From an uncultured Pelagibacteraceae bacterium (GTDB taxonomy: Bacteria; Pseudomonadota; Alphaproteobacteria; Pelagibacterales; Pelagibacteraceae), in the NCBI GenBank assembly GCA_902546145.1, contig CACCIT010000003.1:4689-68688 (forward strand): 64,000 bases of DNA. The letters are read 5' to 3'. This document shows positions 27,470 to 37,760 of the stretch, one piece after another. Each line of letters begins with the position of its first letter. Position 1 is the first letter of the stretch. Below the pieces are notes generated by a model. The model was not told the DNA's origin, searched no databases, and saw only the letters and a list, made by a program, of their open reading frames with translations. The position numbers and the translations under genes were made by a program.

Positions 27470-27478
27470 GCACCTTTA
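27450..27478. terminator. hairpin between the NUDIX remnant and convergent ppx
   Basis: taaaggtgc-N11-gcaccttta inverted repeat. Confidence 0.6.
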
Positions 27479-27573
27479 ATAAGAGAAGAATAATAAATTC
27501 GATTTCTGAATTAATTATGAAACATTTCTGATAAATTAATAAAATATTAAATCTAATTTAAATTAATATTAAA

Positions 27574-29082
27574 TTAATTTGAATAAATTACCCTAGGTTC
27601 TAAAAATAATTCTCTTGATAAAGCTTTAAATTTTTTTGTGACTTGTTTAGAAATTATTTCCTGATGTTCTGAAGGTATTTTTAAAAAAACAGCGTTCCCT
27701 CTTCTGTATAATTTAAATTCCTCTAAAAAAATTGTTGAAATTGATGTTAGTGAATGAGCAAATCTTAAAGCTGAACCTACTTGCTTACTCGAGAAAATTT
27801 CATTGTTATTTAGATAGGTAAGATATTCTATTTTTGGGTTATACTTTATACTGCAGTATCTCCAGTAACATGACAAAGCTATTTGGATTCTTTCTTTGTG
27901 GGATAATCTTAATAAAGGAGTATTTAAGGTTTCTTGAAAAACCAATTCAGCTTTTTGAAATGCTCCCAAACCCCAATCCATATGACTTAAAACACAAGCC
28001 CAATTTAGCAATTTTTCGCTAAAGTGTTCATTTCCATCAAAAACTGGTTTTATAAATTCAAAATATTTTTTAAAGGTAAAACCTAAGTCTCCTCTTTTTT
28101 TTGCAATATGCTCTAATGATTTATCAAAAACCTCTTTACCATCTACATCTTTAAAATGATCCTTTGCAAGAGAACCTTCTCTAATACCACTAATCGAACA
28201 TATTATATTTTTTGGATTTGTGATATTCATTAAATCACCTAAAATTATAGAACTATACGGTAAATATGGAGTTCTTGATTTGGATATATATTCAACAGTT
28301 TTAAGTTTAGATTTATTCATACTGGAGATTTTTTCTATAAATTTTGTCAAGGATTGATTATCTATAGAGTATTGATGAATAATGTGAACTGGGTGGTTGT
28401 TTTGAAAAAGGTGTAATTTAAATAAAGCTCTCCAAGTTCCACCAACTAAATATAAATTTTCAAATTTTTTCTTAGACAACCATTTTTCATCTCTCAATAA
28501 ATTTTTTATATACTTGGATAAGTTTCTTTTTTTTACTATAGGGTTATTTAATAGCCTCAAAACACCTAAGGGTAATGATGTTTTATTAGTTATCGTTCCA
28601 TTTTCTATTCGAGCTAACTCTAAACTACCACCTCCTAAATCAGCGACCAAACCATCTACATTATCAAATCCAATTTTTACACCTTCAGCTGAACTCTCGG
28701 CCTCTTCTTCACCAGTTAAAATCTCAACTTTTTTTTTAAATAGTTTTTCAACTTCTTGTACAAAAGGTTTTGCATCCATAGCTTCTCTTAGCACAGCTGT
28801 TGCAATAATTTTTATGTTAGAGATTTTGGAAATATTTAAAATTTCAGAAAATCTTTTTAATACTTTTAAAGCATAAACAACTCCAGATTTATGAAGTTTT
28901 CTGGATTTATCCAAATTCTTTCCTAGTTCACAAACAGCTTTTTCATTAAAAAAAGGCACTCTTGATGAACTAAAATCATCATAAATAAGCATTCTGATAG
29001 AATTTGATCCAATATCTATTATGGCGACTTTTGCTTGTTTTAGTTTTAAACTTTGTTTACTTTTTAAAACTTTAATTTGCAT
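27574..29082 (-). CDS. ppx: exopolyphosphatase (Ppx/GppA)
   Basis: IDIGSNSIR, ATAVLREA, DLGGGSLEL, GIREG; follows ppk. Confidence 0.94.
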   Translation of the reverse strand: MQIKVLKSKQSLKLKQAKVAIIDIGSNSIRMLIYDDFSSSRVPFFNEKAVCELGKNLDKSRKLHKSGVVYALKVLKRFSEILNISKISNIKIIATAVLREAMDAKPFVQEVEKLFKKKVEILTGEEEAESSAEGVKIGFDNVDGLVADLGGGSLELARIENGTITNKTSLPLGVLRLLNNPIVKKRNLSKYIKNLLRDEKWLSKKKFENLYLVGGTWRALFKLHLFQNNHPVHIIHQYSIDNQSLTKFIEKISSMNKSKLKTVEYISKSRTPYLPYSSIILGDLMNITNPKNIICSISGIREGSLAKDHFKDVDGKEVFDKSLEHIAKKRGDLGFTFKKYFEFIKPVFDGNEHFSEKLLNWACVLSHMDWGLGAFQKAELVFQETLNTPLLRLSHKERIQIALSCYWRYCSIKYNPKIEYLTYLNNNEIFSSKQVGSALRFAHSLTSISTIFLEEFKLYRRGNAVFLKIPSEHQEIISKQVTKKFKALSRELFLEPRVIYSN

Positions 29083-29083
29083 A

Positions 29084-31222
29084 TCAAACTGCTTTTAAAT
29101 TAAGTTTTTTTGGTTTCATTTTCAACTTAGCCTTTCCCCTTCCTGACAGACTTGGATTATTCATAAAATAATCGTGTGCAGAAAAAGAATCACCCTTACT
29201 ATATTGAATTTTTTTATAATCTCCATTTGCATTAAGAACCCAACTTTGTTTTTTGTCTAGATAATTTGCTAACATTATTTGGTCTAGAACTTGTTCATGT
29301 ACTGTTTTATTTTCAATTGGAACTAGAAGTTCTATTCTCCGATTAAGGTTTCTTGGCATCAAATCAGCAGATGAAATAAATACTTTGGCTTCTCTATTTG
29401 GCATAGATTTGCCGTTTGCAAAACAGTAAATTCTGGAATGTTCTAAAAATCTTCCAATAATACTTTTTACTATAATGTTTTCAGATATATTTTTTAATCC
29501 TGGCCTCAAACAACAAACCCCTCTAACAAACAAATAAATTTTAACACCAGCATTTGATGCTTCGTATAATTTTTCAATAATATCAGGATCCACTAATGAA
29601 TTCATTTTAAACCAGATTTCTGCATTTTTACCTTTTTTAGAATTTAAAATCTCATTATCTATTTGTTCAGTAAGGGTTCTTCTTAAATTTATTGGCGAAA
29701 TTGAAATTTTATTTAGATTTCTTGGTTTTGCGTAGCCTGTAACGTAATTAAAAAACTTTTCCACATCGGATGCTAATTTCTTATCTGAACTGAATAATGA
29801 TAAATCTGTATAAATTTTTGCATTTACAGGATGATAGTTGCCAGTACCTAAGTGAACGTACGTCTGAATTTTACCTTGTTCTCGTCTTAATAATAACGAA
29901 GATTTTGCATGAGTTTTGTATTTGGCAAAACCATAAACAATTTGCACACCAGCTTTCTCTAAGCTTCTAGCCAATTGTATATTTGCCTCTTCATCAAATC
30001 TAGCTTTTATTTCTATTAAGGCTGTTACAGCTTTTCCATTTTCTGCTGCTAAAATAAGTGCTTTTACTATAGGGGAGTCTAGCGTTGTTCTATAGAGTGT
30101 TTGTTTTATTGCTATAACTTTTTTATCATTAGCTGCTTGATTAAGGAATTCAATCACTGCATCAAAAGTTTCAAAAGGATGATGAACTATTAAATCTTTT
30201 TTCTTAATTGTTTCAAAAAAATTATAGTTATATTCTTTTAATCTCTCAACATCCCTTGGATTAAAATGTTTAAATTTAAACTTTGGATTTTTAATTTTAC
30301 AAATTTGGTCAATATCTTGAATTCCAACTAATCCTTCTATTTCATAAATATAATCAGAATTAATGTTTAACTTATTTGTTATAAATTTTACAAGTTCATT
30401 GTTGCTATTTTTTATAATCTCAAGTCTTACAATATCTCCTGTTCTTCTTTGTTTTAATGCCAATTCAAATGATCTTACAAGATCTTCGGCTTCCTCTTGT
30501 ATTTCAACATCACTATCTCTTATTACCCTAAAGAGCATCTTGAGTTCAATTTTATGATCAGGAAATATTTCTGAAGCAAAAAAACTAATCAAATCATCAA
30601 TAACAACATATTTTTTAAAATTTTTATTTCCTTTAACTTCAATAAATCTAGGTAATGCTTTTGGTATAACAATAATAGAATTAAGTATTCTTTTTTTATT
30701 TTTCTTCTTCAATTTCATTACTAAAGCACGTCCTTGATTAACTATAAATGGAAACGGATGCGCTGGATCAATTGCAGAAGGTGTTAATAGTGGATAAATT
30801 TCTTCATTAAAAATTTCTAATAATTTTTTTTTTTCAGAATTACTCAAGCTTTGAGGTTTTACTAAATTAATATTAGTTTTTTTTAGCTGTAAAACTAATT
30901 CTTTGAAAATTTTATTCTGTTTTTTTAAAAGATTATTTGTTTCACTTACAACTTCTGCCATTTGTTCTTCAGGTGTAAGACCATCGGAACTTAAAGAATC
31001 AACCTCTTGTTTTATTTGACTATGTAATCCAGCAACTCTGACCATGAAAAATTCGTCAAGATTTGAACCTGCTATTGATAAAAATTTAACTCTTTCAAAT
31101 AGAGGGATTTCAATATTTTGTGCTTCCAATAAAACTCTATCATTGAATTTTAACCAAGATAACTCTCTGTTTATATATCTTGATTTAAGTTCATCTTTGT
31201 ATTGTTTTTTTTGAGCACTCAT
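29084..31222 (-). CDS. ppk1: polyphosphate kinase 1
   Basis: NRELSWL, NLDEFFMVRVA, KARFDEE, KTHAK, RFLEHSR, SSADLMPRNL. Confidence 0.97.
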   Translation of the reverse strand: MSAQKKQYKDELKSRYINRELSWLKFNDRVLLEAQNIEIPLFERVKFLSIAGSNLDEFFMVRVAGLHSQIKQEVDSLSSDGLTPEEQMAEVVSETNNLLKKQNKIFKELVLQLKKTNINLVKPQSLSNSEKKKLLEIFNEEIYPLLTPSAIDPAHPFPFIVNQGRALVMKLKKKNKKRILNSIIVIPKALPRFIEVKGNKNFKKYVVIDDLISFFASEIFPDHKIELKMLFRVIRDSDVEIQEEAEDLVRSFELALKQRRTGDIVRLEIIKNSNNELVKFITNKLNINSDYIYEIEGLVGIQDIDQICKIKNPKFKFKHFNPRDVERLKEYNYNFFETIKKKDLIVHHPFETFDAVIEFLNQAANDKKVIAIKQTLYRTTLDSPIVKALILAAENGKAVTALIEIKARFDEEANIQLARSLEKAGVQIVYGFAKYKTHAKSSLLLRREQGKIQTYVHLGTGNYHPVNAKIYTDLSLFSSDKKLASDVEKFFNYVTGYAKPRNLNKISISPINLRRTLTEQIDNEILNSKKGKNAEIWFKMNSLVDPDIIEKLYEASNAGVKIYLFVRGVCCLRPGLKNISENIIVKSIIGRFLEHSRIYCFANGKSMPNREAKVFISSADLMPRNLNRRIELLVPIENKTVHEQVLDQIMLANYLDKKQSWVLNANGDYKKIQYSKGDSFSAHDYFMNNPSLSGRGKAKLKMKPKKLNLKAV

Positions 31223-31236
31223 AATATTTAGGAAAT

Positions 31237-31761
31237 ATGTTTGAATTATATGTCATGCGACATTCAAAATCTAGTTGGAGTAACTTAAATTTAAAAGATT
31301 TTGATAGACCATTAAATAAACGTGGTAAGAAAGATGCTAAATTAATTTGTGAATTTTTTATTAAAAAAAAGATTAATTTTGATTATGTCTTAGTTTCTGC
31401 ATCAAAGAGAACAAAAAAAACCCTACAATTAATGTTAAAAAGATTAAAAAGACCAAAAAAAATTATATCATCAAAAAAACTTTATCTAACAGATGAGAAG
31501 AAAATAATTAAATATATCAAAAAAGTTCCAAAAACATATAATTCTATACTTTTAATTAACCATGAGCCAGCAATAACAAATTTAGTTAGAGAATTAATAA
31601 AAAATCATAATACTAATTTATTTAAACTACTAAATTATAAATTTTCAACATCAGCTTTTGCCAAAATTGAATTAAAAATTAAATATTGGTCTGAAGTTGA
31701 AAACAAAGGTGTATTGAAAGAATTTGTAAGGCCTAAGGATATTCAGGTTTCTAAAGAATAG
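31237..31761 (+). CDS. sixA: SixA-like histidine phosphatase
   Basis: MRHSKSSW...DFDRPLNKRG, S...RT, LY, INHEP. Confidence 0.85.
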   Translation: MFELYVMRHSKSSWSNLNLKDFDRPLNKRGKKDAKLICEFFIKKKINFDYVLVSASKRTKKTLQLMLKRLKRPKKIISSKKLYLTDEKKIIKYIKKVPKTYNSILLINHEPAITNLVRELIKNHNTNLFKLLNYKFSTSAFAKIELKIKYWSEVENKGVLKEFVRPKDIQVSKE

Positions 31762-32426
31762 CCAGCTGATCTTACTGTCCTAATTAATGGCTTTGTATCT
31801 TTAATATTTATTGCTTGTCTTAATCTTCTAATATGAACATCTACAGTTCTAGACTCCACATATATATTTTCACCCCAAACATTATTTAGAAGCTGTTCTC
31901 TTGAATAAACTCTTTTTGGATTTTTGATAAAAAAATCCAAAAGCTTAAATTCTGTAGGACCCAGGTTAATTTCTATATTTTTTCTGTAGACTCTTTTTGT
32001 TATTCTATCTATTTTTAAATCACTGAAAACAACCACATCTTCAGAAGACTGTGGTTTAGATCTTCTCAAAAGAGATTTTATTCTTGCATTTAATTCTTTT
32101 TGACTAAATGGTTTTGTAACATAATCGTCAGCACCTGTATCGAATGCTTTTAATTTATCTTCCTCTTCACCTTTGGCGGTAACCATTATTATAGGTATGT
32201 CTTTAAATTTTTTATCTTTTTTTAAATTTTTACAAATATCTACCCCTGACAAATCAGGTAGCATCCAATCCATTAATATTAAATCGGGATGTTTGTCTTT
32301 TATTTGTTTAAGAGCATCCTCTCCATTTTCTGAATAACTTACTTTGTGACCTTCTTTTTCTAAATTATATTTTAACAATGTTATTATAGGAGACTCATCT
32401 TCAGCTATAAACAGATGTGCAGACAT
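31743..32426 (-). CDS. phoB: phosphate regulon response regulator
   Basis: MDWMLP, GADDYVTKPFS, LGPTEFKLL, RTVDVHIRRLR. Confidence 0.96.
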   Translation of the reverse strand: MSAHLFIAEDESPIITLLKYNLEKEGHKVSYSENGEDALKQIKDKHPDLILMDWMLPDLSGVDICKNLKKDKKFKDIPIIMVTAKGEEEDKLKAFDTGADDYVTKPFSQKELNARIKSLLRRSKPQSSEDVVVFSDLKIDRITKRVYRKNIEINLGPTEFKLLDFFIKNPKRVYSREQLLNNVWGENIYVESRTVDVHIRRLRQAINIKDTKPLIRTVRSAGYSLET

Positions 32427-32429
32427 TAT

Positions 32430-33137
32430 TTATTTTTCACCATTAACTATTGGCTGTGAACCTTTAGGTCTATCTCCTTCTAAATAAGATCCATTAACTA
32501 AGAAGTAAATTTGTTCTGCAATATTAGTTACATGGTCTCCTATTCTTTCAATATTTTTTGTAACAAAAAGCAAATGAGATCCATACTCAACATTTTCTTT
32601 TCCTGACTTAAGATATTTGATTACTTCTTCCATACATAAATTAGTTAGATTGTCTACTTCTTCATCTTTTTCCCAGACATCCACCGCTATTTCAGGCGAT
32701 CTATTTGTGTATGCGTCTAATACTAATTTAAGTTGTTTTTGCACAATAGCTCCAACTCTCTCTATAGATTGGGTTAGATTATCAGGTAAGTTATTGTTTA
32801 TTAGTTTGGTTCTTTTAGAAATATTTTTGGCTAAATCACCTACTCTCTCAAGGTCAGAAGATATTTTGAGAGCAGTTACAGTTTCCCTTAAATCTATAGC
32901 CATCGGTTGTCTTAATGCAATCAAATCAACAACTTCTTGCTCTATTTGACTTTCAAAATTATCAATGACAGTATCATTATCTATTACAGCTTCTGCAATT
33001 GTGTTATCGTTATTACAAAGAGCTTTTATAGAATTTCCCAAAGCTGTTTCACAATTACCTCCCATAACAACCAAATTATTGGTTAATTGTTGTAATTGTT
33101 CCTCATAAGATTTTACTGTATGTGGTTTCTCAGTCAT
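32430..33137 (-). CDS. phoU: phosphate signalling protein
   Basis: QPMAIDLR, DLERVGD, IERIGDHVTNIAE. Confidence 0.96.
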   Translation of the reverse strand: MTEKPHTVKSYEEQLQQLTNNLVVMGGNCETALGNSIKALCNNDNTIAEAVIDNDTVIDNFESQIEQEVVDLIALRQPMAIDLRETVTALKISSDLERVGDLAKNISKRTKLINNNLPDNLTQSIERVGAIVQKQLKLVLDAYTNRSPEIAVDVWEKDEEVDNLTNLCMEEVIKYLKSGKENVEYGSHLLFVTKNIERIGDHVTNIAEQIYFLVNGSYLEGDRPKGSQPIVNGEK

Positions 33138-33892
33138 TATCCAAATCTCCCTGTAATATAATCTTGTGTTTGTTGTTGATTCGGGTTTTTAAATATCTTA
33201 TCAGTAGACCCAACTTCTATCAATTTACCTAAATGAAAAAATCCAGTTTGCTGTGATACACGCGCTGCTTGAGACATTGAATGAGTTACTATAACAATAG
33301 TATGTTCCTTCTTTAGTTCATCAATTAATTCCTCAATTTGTGCCGTTGCTATAGGGTCTAATGCAGAACAAGGTTCATCCATTAAAATTACCTCAGGTTT
33401 AACAGAAATGGCTCTTGCTATACAAAGTCTTTGTTGCTGTCCTCCTGAAAGACCTGTTCCTGGTTCATTTAATCTATCTTTAACCTCATTCCAAAGAGCT
33501 GCTTTTTTTAAACTATCTTCAACAATTTGATCAAGCTCATCTTTAGATTGAGCCATACCGTGGATTTCAGGTCCATAAGAAATATTTTCATACAAAGTTT
33601 TAGGAAATGGATTTGGTTTTTGAAATACCATTCCAATTTTTTCTCTTAATCTTACAACGTCTGTACTCTTTTGATTGATATCATAATCATTAATTTTAAT
33701 TTCTCCTTCAACTTTACAAATTTCAATTACATCGTTCATTCTGTTTAAACATCTTAGAAAAGTAGATTTTCCACATCCAGACGGGCCAATTAATGCCGTT
33801 ACTTGTCTTTCTGGTATATCCATGTTGATATCAAAAAGAGCTTGTTTATCTCCATAAAAAACATTTACTTTTTTTGCTTCTATTTTATTCAT
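33137..33892 (-). CDS. pstB: phosphate ABC transporter ATPase
   Basis: [36 protein letters not shown]. Confidence 0.97.
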   Translation of the reverse strand: MNKIEAKKVNVFYGDKQALFDINMDIPERQVTALIGPSGCGKSTFLRCLNRMNDVIEICKVEGEIKINDYDINQKSTDVVRLREKIGMVFQKPNPFPKTLYENISYGPEIHGMAQSKDELDQIVEDSLKKAALWNEVKDRLNEPGTGLSGGQQQRLCIARAISVKPEVILMDEPCSALDPIATAQIEELIDELKKEHTIVIVTHSMSQAARVSQQTGFFHLGKLIEVGSTDKIFKNPNQQQTQDYITGRFG

Positions 33893-33895
33893 TTT

Positions 33896-35167
33896 TTAGT
33901 TCCATTTCTTTTCAAATTTATGTCTTATCATTTGTGCTGCTAGATTCATTAATACTAAAAATATCAACAATACCATTATACAAGCTGATACCTTTTCGAC
34001 AAAACCTCTTTCAGCACTTTCAGCCCAAATATATATTTGAACTGGTAAAGAGGCAGCTGGATCCATGGGCGAGCCTGGTATGGTATTAACAAAAGCAACC
34101 ATTCCAATTAAAATCAAAGGTGCAGTTTCACCTAAAGCTTGCGCAAGACCAATTATTGTTCCAGATAAGGTTCCTGGTAAGGATAAAGGAACTGTATGAT
34201 GTAGTGTTGTTTGCATCTTGCTAGCTCCCATGGCAAGAGCGGCTTCTCTAATACTTGGCGGAACTGCTTTCAATGATGCTCTAGCTGCTATAATGATCGT
34301 TGGTAATGTCATCAATGATAAAGTTATCCCTCCAACTAAAGGAGTGGATCTCGGTAAGCCAAATACTGCAAGTAACACACCAAGACCGAGCAACCCAAAA
34401 ACTATTGATGGGACTGCCGCTAAATTATTAATATTTACCTCTATAAAATCTGTAAGTCTATTTTTGGGTGCAAATTCTTCTAAATAAATTGCTGCTAAAA
34501 GAGCCACTGGAAATGATACAGCTAAACAAACCAATATACTGAACAATGACCCCATGAATGAACTCGCTATACCGGCCAACTCTGCTTCTCTGGAGTCGGC
34601 GTTAGTAAAGAAACTAAAATTAAAATTGCTTACAACTTTTCCCTCAGAATTTAATCTATCAAAAATATTTAATTGGTAATCATTAACTCTTCTTCTCTCT
34701 TCAGGTAAATCTCTTGGATAGTTTCCTTTAAATACCTGATCTAAATCATCTGATGCCGTTAGCTTCACTTCAACAATTTTTCCAAAATCATCTGGATTTG
34801 AAAGAATATGATCTTTAATTTCCTCCTCAAATATAAAGGCAAACATTCTTTTAATGTCTGTGATTTGATCTTCATTAGCATTTTGATCTAATGCTGCAAA
34901 ACTTTCTATACCAACATCGAAATATTCAGAGTCTTGTAAATCCTCCATAGAGGGTTTCTGGTTAGCATCCAAATACATAAATTCTGGATCGTAATTAATT
35001 GGTACTATTATCCAAGTTTTTTGAAAAGCTGTATATCCTGTGGAAAAAATTTTAAATAAAAATACAGCTAAAAACAACAAAGCTAAAATGATAGCTGTTT
35101 TACCATACATTTGAAATCGTTTCTCAGCCTTATATCGTTTATTTAAAAATTCTTCTCTATTAATCAT
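33896..35167 (-). CDS. pstA: phosphate ABC transporter permease
   Basis: NLAAVPSIVFGLLGL, GETAPL. Confidence 0.96.
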   Translation of the reverse strand: MINREEFLNKRYKAEKRFQMYGKTAIILALLFLAVFLFKIFSTGYTAFQKTWIIVPINYDPEFMYLDANQKPSMEDLQDSEYFDVGIESFAALDQNANEDQITDIKRMFAFIFEEEIKDHILSNPDDFGKIVEVKLTASDDLDQVFKGNYPRDLPEERRRVNDYQLNIFDRLNSEGKVVSNFNFSFFTNADSREAELAGIASSFMGSLFSILVCLAVSFPVALLAAIYLEEFAPKNRLTDFIEVNINNLAAVPSIVFGLLGLGVLLAVFGLPRSTPLVGGITLSLMTLPTIIIAARASLKAVPPSIREAALAMGASKMQTTLHHTVPLSLPGTLSGTIIGLAQALGETAPLILIGMVAFVNTIPGSPMDPAASLPVQIYIWAESAERGFVEKVSACIMVLLIFLVLMNLAAQMIRHKFEKKWN

Positions 35168-36545
35168 ATTTCTCTCTATATTTTTTAACTATTGATAGAG
35201 CTATTACATTTAAAATTAACGTAACAACAAATAATGTTAATCCCAAAGCAAAAGCAGCTTGAGTTTTAGGGTCTTCAAATTGTTGATCTCCGATTAATAT
35301 TACTACTATTTGAGCAGTAATTGTTGAAGTAGACTCCAGCGGGTTAAAAGTTAAGTTAGCAGCTAATCCAGAAGCCATAACCACAATCATAGTTTCACCT
35401 ATAGCTCTAGAAACAGCTAAAAGAATTGCACCAACTATACCTGGTAAAGCAGCAGGAAAAATTACTCTTTTAATTGTCTCAGATTTTGTTGCACCCATTG
35501 CATAACTACCATCTCTTAAATTCTGAGGAACACTATTTATGACATCGTCACTCAAACTTGAAACGAATGGAATAATCATCACTCCCATTACAGCACCAGC
35601 TGCAAGTGCACTCTCTGCAGAGACATCTAAACCAACAGCTGTTCCGATATCTTTTAAAAAAGGACCAACAGTTAAAGCTGCAAAAAAACCATAAACAACT
35701 GTTGGAATTCCAGCTAGTATTTCAACAATTGGTTTTGCAAATTGTCTAAATTTTTTTGATGCATACTCTGCTAGATAAATTCCACTTAATAAACCTACTG
35801 GTATAGCAACACACATTGCGATAAATGCGATAAAAAAAGTACCTGCAAAAACTGGTACAGCACCAAATGTGTCACTATACATTGAAGGGTCTAAAGCTTC
35901 ACTAGCATCTCTAACAAAGGCTTTTGCTGGATACCAATGCATTCCAAATAAGTAATCAAAAAATGGAATAATTTTAAAAAACTCTATTGTTTGAAATAAA
36001 AGAGAAAAAACAATCCCAACTGTAGTTAATATTGCTGCTAAAGAGGCAAAGAAAAACAACCACTGTAAAAAAATTTCTACAGGTTCCCTTGTTCTGGTAT
36101 TTTTAGATAACCTGTTATAAGCGTAAGCTATTGAGGCAATAAGTAAACATAATACAATTACAGCTTTTGAAGCTGAAGCTGTGCTTCGTAAAGATGCATA
36201 TTTATCTGCTGCTGCCTGTAATGCTGTAGTTATTTCACCACTAAACTGTCCTCTTGAAAGTGACTTAGCTTTTTCAAATATGAGATTTAATTCTCCTTCT
36301 AACAATCCTTGATCACTAAAAGATTGTAAAACAATATATTTTACTACAGTTGGTTCAAAAATAGACCACAATGCAAAAATAATAAATGCAGGTGCTGCAC
36401 ACCATATTGATAAATAATATCCATAAAATTTTGGTAAAGCTGTAAGCCTAGTATTAGAAGATCTTATTGCAAATGCTTTTTTACGACCAAAAAAATAACT
36501 CGATAACGCTAATAGGACTATTGTTAAAAATATTACCGAGTTCAT
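35160..36545 (-). CDS. pstC: phosphate ABC transporter permease
   Basis: LAGIPTVVYG, SRAIGETMIV. Confidence 0.96.
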   Translation of the reverse strand: MNSVIFLTIVLLALSSYFFGRKKAFAIRSSNTRLTALPKFYGYYLSIWCAAPAFIIFALWSIFEPTVVKYIVLQSFSDQGLLEGELNLIFEKAKSLSRGQFSGEITTALQAAADKYASLRSTASASKAVIVLCLLIASIAYAYNRLSKNTRTREPVEIFLQWLFFFASLAAILTTVGIVFSLLFQTIEFFKIIPFFDYLFGMHWYPAKAFVRDASEALDPSMYSDTFGAVPVFAGTFFIAFIAMCVAIPVGLLSGIYLAEYASKKFRQFAKPIVEILAGIPTVVYGFFAALTVGPFLKDIGTAVGLDVSAESALAAGAVMGVMIIPFVSSLSDDVINSVPQNLRDGSYAMGATKSETIKRVIFPAALPGIVGAILLAVSRAIGETMIVVMASGLAANLTFNPLESTSTITAQIVVILIGDQQFEDPKTQAAFALGLTLFVVTLILNVIALSIVKKYREKYD

Positions 36546-36569
36546 TTATATATTTAATCTTGTATTAAA

Positions 36570-36597
36570 AAAAAGGCCCTTATAAAAGGGCCTTTTT
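36570..36597 (-). terminator. intra-operon hairpin after pstS
   Basis: aaaaaggccctt-ataa-aagggccttttt, with a U-tract on the minus strand. Confidence 0.75.
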
Positions 36598-36619
36598 AAA
36601 GTTTGTTAACAAATCAAAA

Positions 36620-37654
36620 TTACTCGCTCATTGCTACAAGATCGATAGCATTATCTCTTGTAGTTCTGTACATAGCTTTATCTAATGGTACTAAACCAAT
36701 ATCAGCTAAGTAACCTCTTTTTCCAATAGTTCCAGTTTTTGTAAATTCTTTTACGAATTCATGTAAACCTGGAATTACACCTACGTGTGCTTTTTTCACG
36801 TAGAAGAACAAAGGTCTTGCAACTGCATAGCTATAATCTTGAATAGATTCTAATGAAGGTTGTCCACCATCAATACTTGCTGCTTGTAATTTATCTTTAG
36901 CTGCTAAGTAGTAACTGAAACCAAAGAAACCAAACATATCTTTATCTTCAACTAATTTTTGAATGATTAAGCTATCATTTTCTCCAACTTCAATTGCTAA
37001 ACCATCTTCTCTGTAAAGTTTCTCAGGTTTTTTGTATTTTTTATTTCCTGCTGCGAAACCTTCTTTGTAAAGAGCTTTAGCTTCTTTTGTCATACCTTTT
37101 TTCATAACTAAAGAATTCCAAGCATCTCTTGTTCCAGAAGTTCCTGGAGGAATCATTACTTTAATTGGCTTATTTGGTAAACTTGGGTCGATCTCATTCC
37201 AGTTTTTGTAAATGTTATCAACTAATTTACCATCAACTACAGTGTGAGCTGCTAGTGCTAAGTATAATTGTTCTTTAGTAAAATTAACTGGCTCTGAATC
37301 TAAGCTGTAAGCTAATGTTATACCGTCGTTACCAATAATAATTTCTACAATATCAGTAATACCATTTTTTGCACAAAGAGCTTTTTCTTTATCTTTCATA
37401 GCTCTTGAAGCATTAGTGATATCTGGGTGAGCTTCACCTACACCTGCACAAAATAATTTAGCTCCACCACCTGTTCCAGTTGACTCGATGATAGGAGTTT
37501 TAAATCCTTTTTTACCGAATCTTTCAGCAACCACTGTTGCGTATGGGAATACAGTTGAAGAACCAACGATTGTAATTTGATCTCTCGCTTGAGACGTTAC
37601 AGTACTTAAAGTTAGTACTAAGAACGAAGCAAGGATAATAGTTAGTTTTTTCAT
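36620..37654 (-). CDS. pstS: phosphate-binding protein
   Basis: Signal peptide, GSSTVFP, STGTGGG, NASR, SGTRD, RPLFFY. Confidence 0.96.
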   Translation of the reverse strand: MKKLTIILASFLVLTLSTVTSQARDQITIVGSSTVFPYATVVAERFGKKGFKTPIIESTGTGGGAKLFCAGVGEAHPDITNASRAMKDKEKALCAKNGITDIVEIIIGNDGITLAYSLDSEPVNFTKEQLYLALAAHTVVDGKLVDNIYKNWNEIDPSLPNKPIKVMIPPGTSGTRDAWNSLVMKKGMTKEAKALYKEGFAAGNKKYKKPEKLYREDGLAIEVGENDSLIIQKLVEDKDMFGFFGFSYYLAAKDKLQAASIDGGQPSLESIQDYSYAVARPLFFYVKKAHVGVIPGLHEFVKEFTKTGTIGKRGYLADIGLVPLDKAMYRTTRDNAIDLVAMSE

Positions 37655-37721
37655 TGATATTTCCTTTCGTAATTAAATTTAATCAACGACTCGCTTATTA
37701 GATTTGAATGTGGATGTTAAT

Positions 37722-37750
37722 ATTACAGATTTGTTACAGTTTTGTTAAAA
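37722..37750 (-). promoter_or_regulatory. triple Pho box for pstSCAB-phoUB
   Basis: Minus strand: TTTTAAC-AAAA-CTGTAAC-AAAT-CTGTAAT, close to the CTGTCAT-N4 consensus. Confidence 0.85.
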
Positions 37751-37760
37751 ACCTAACTTT

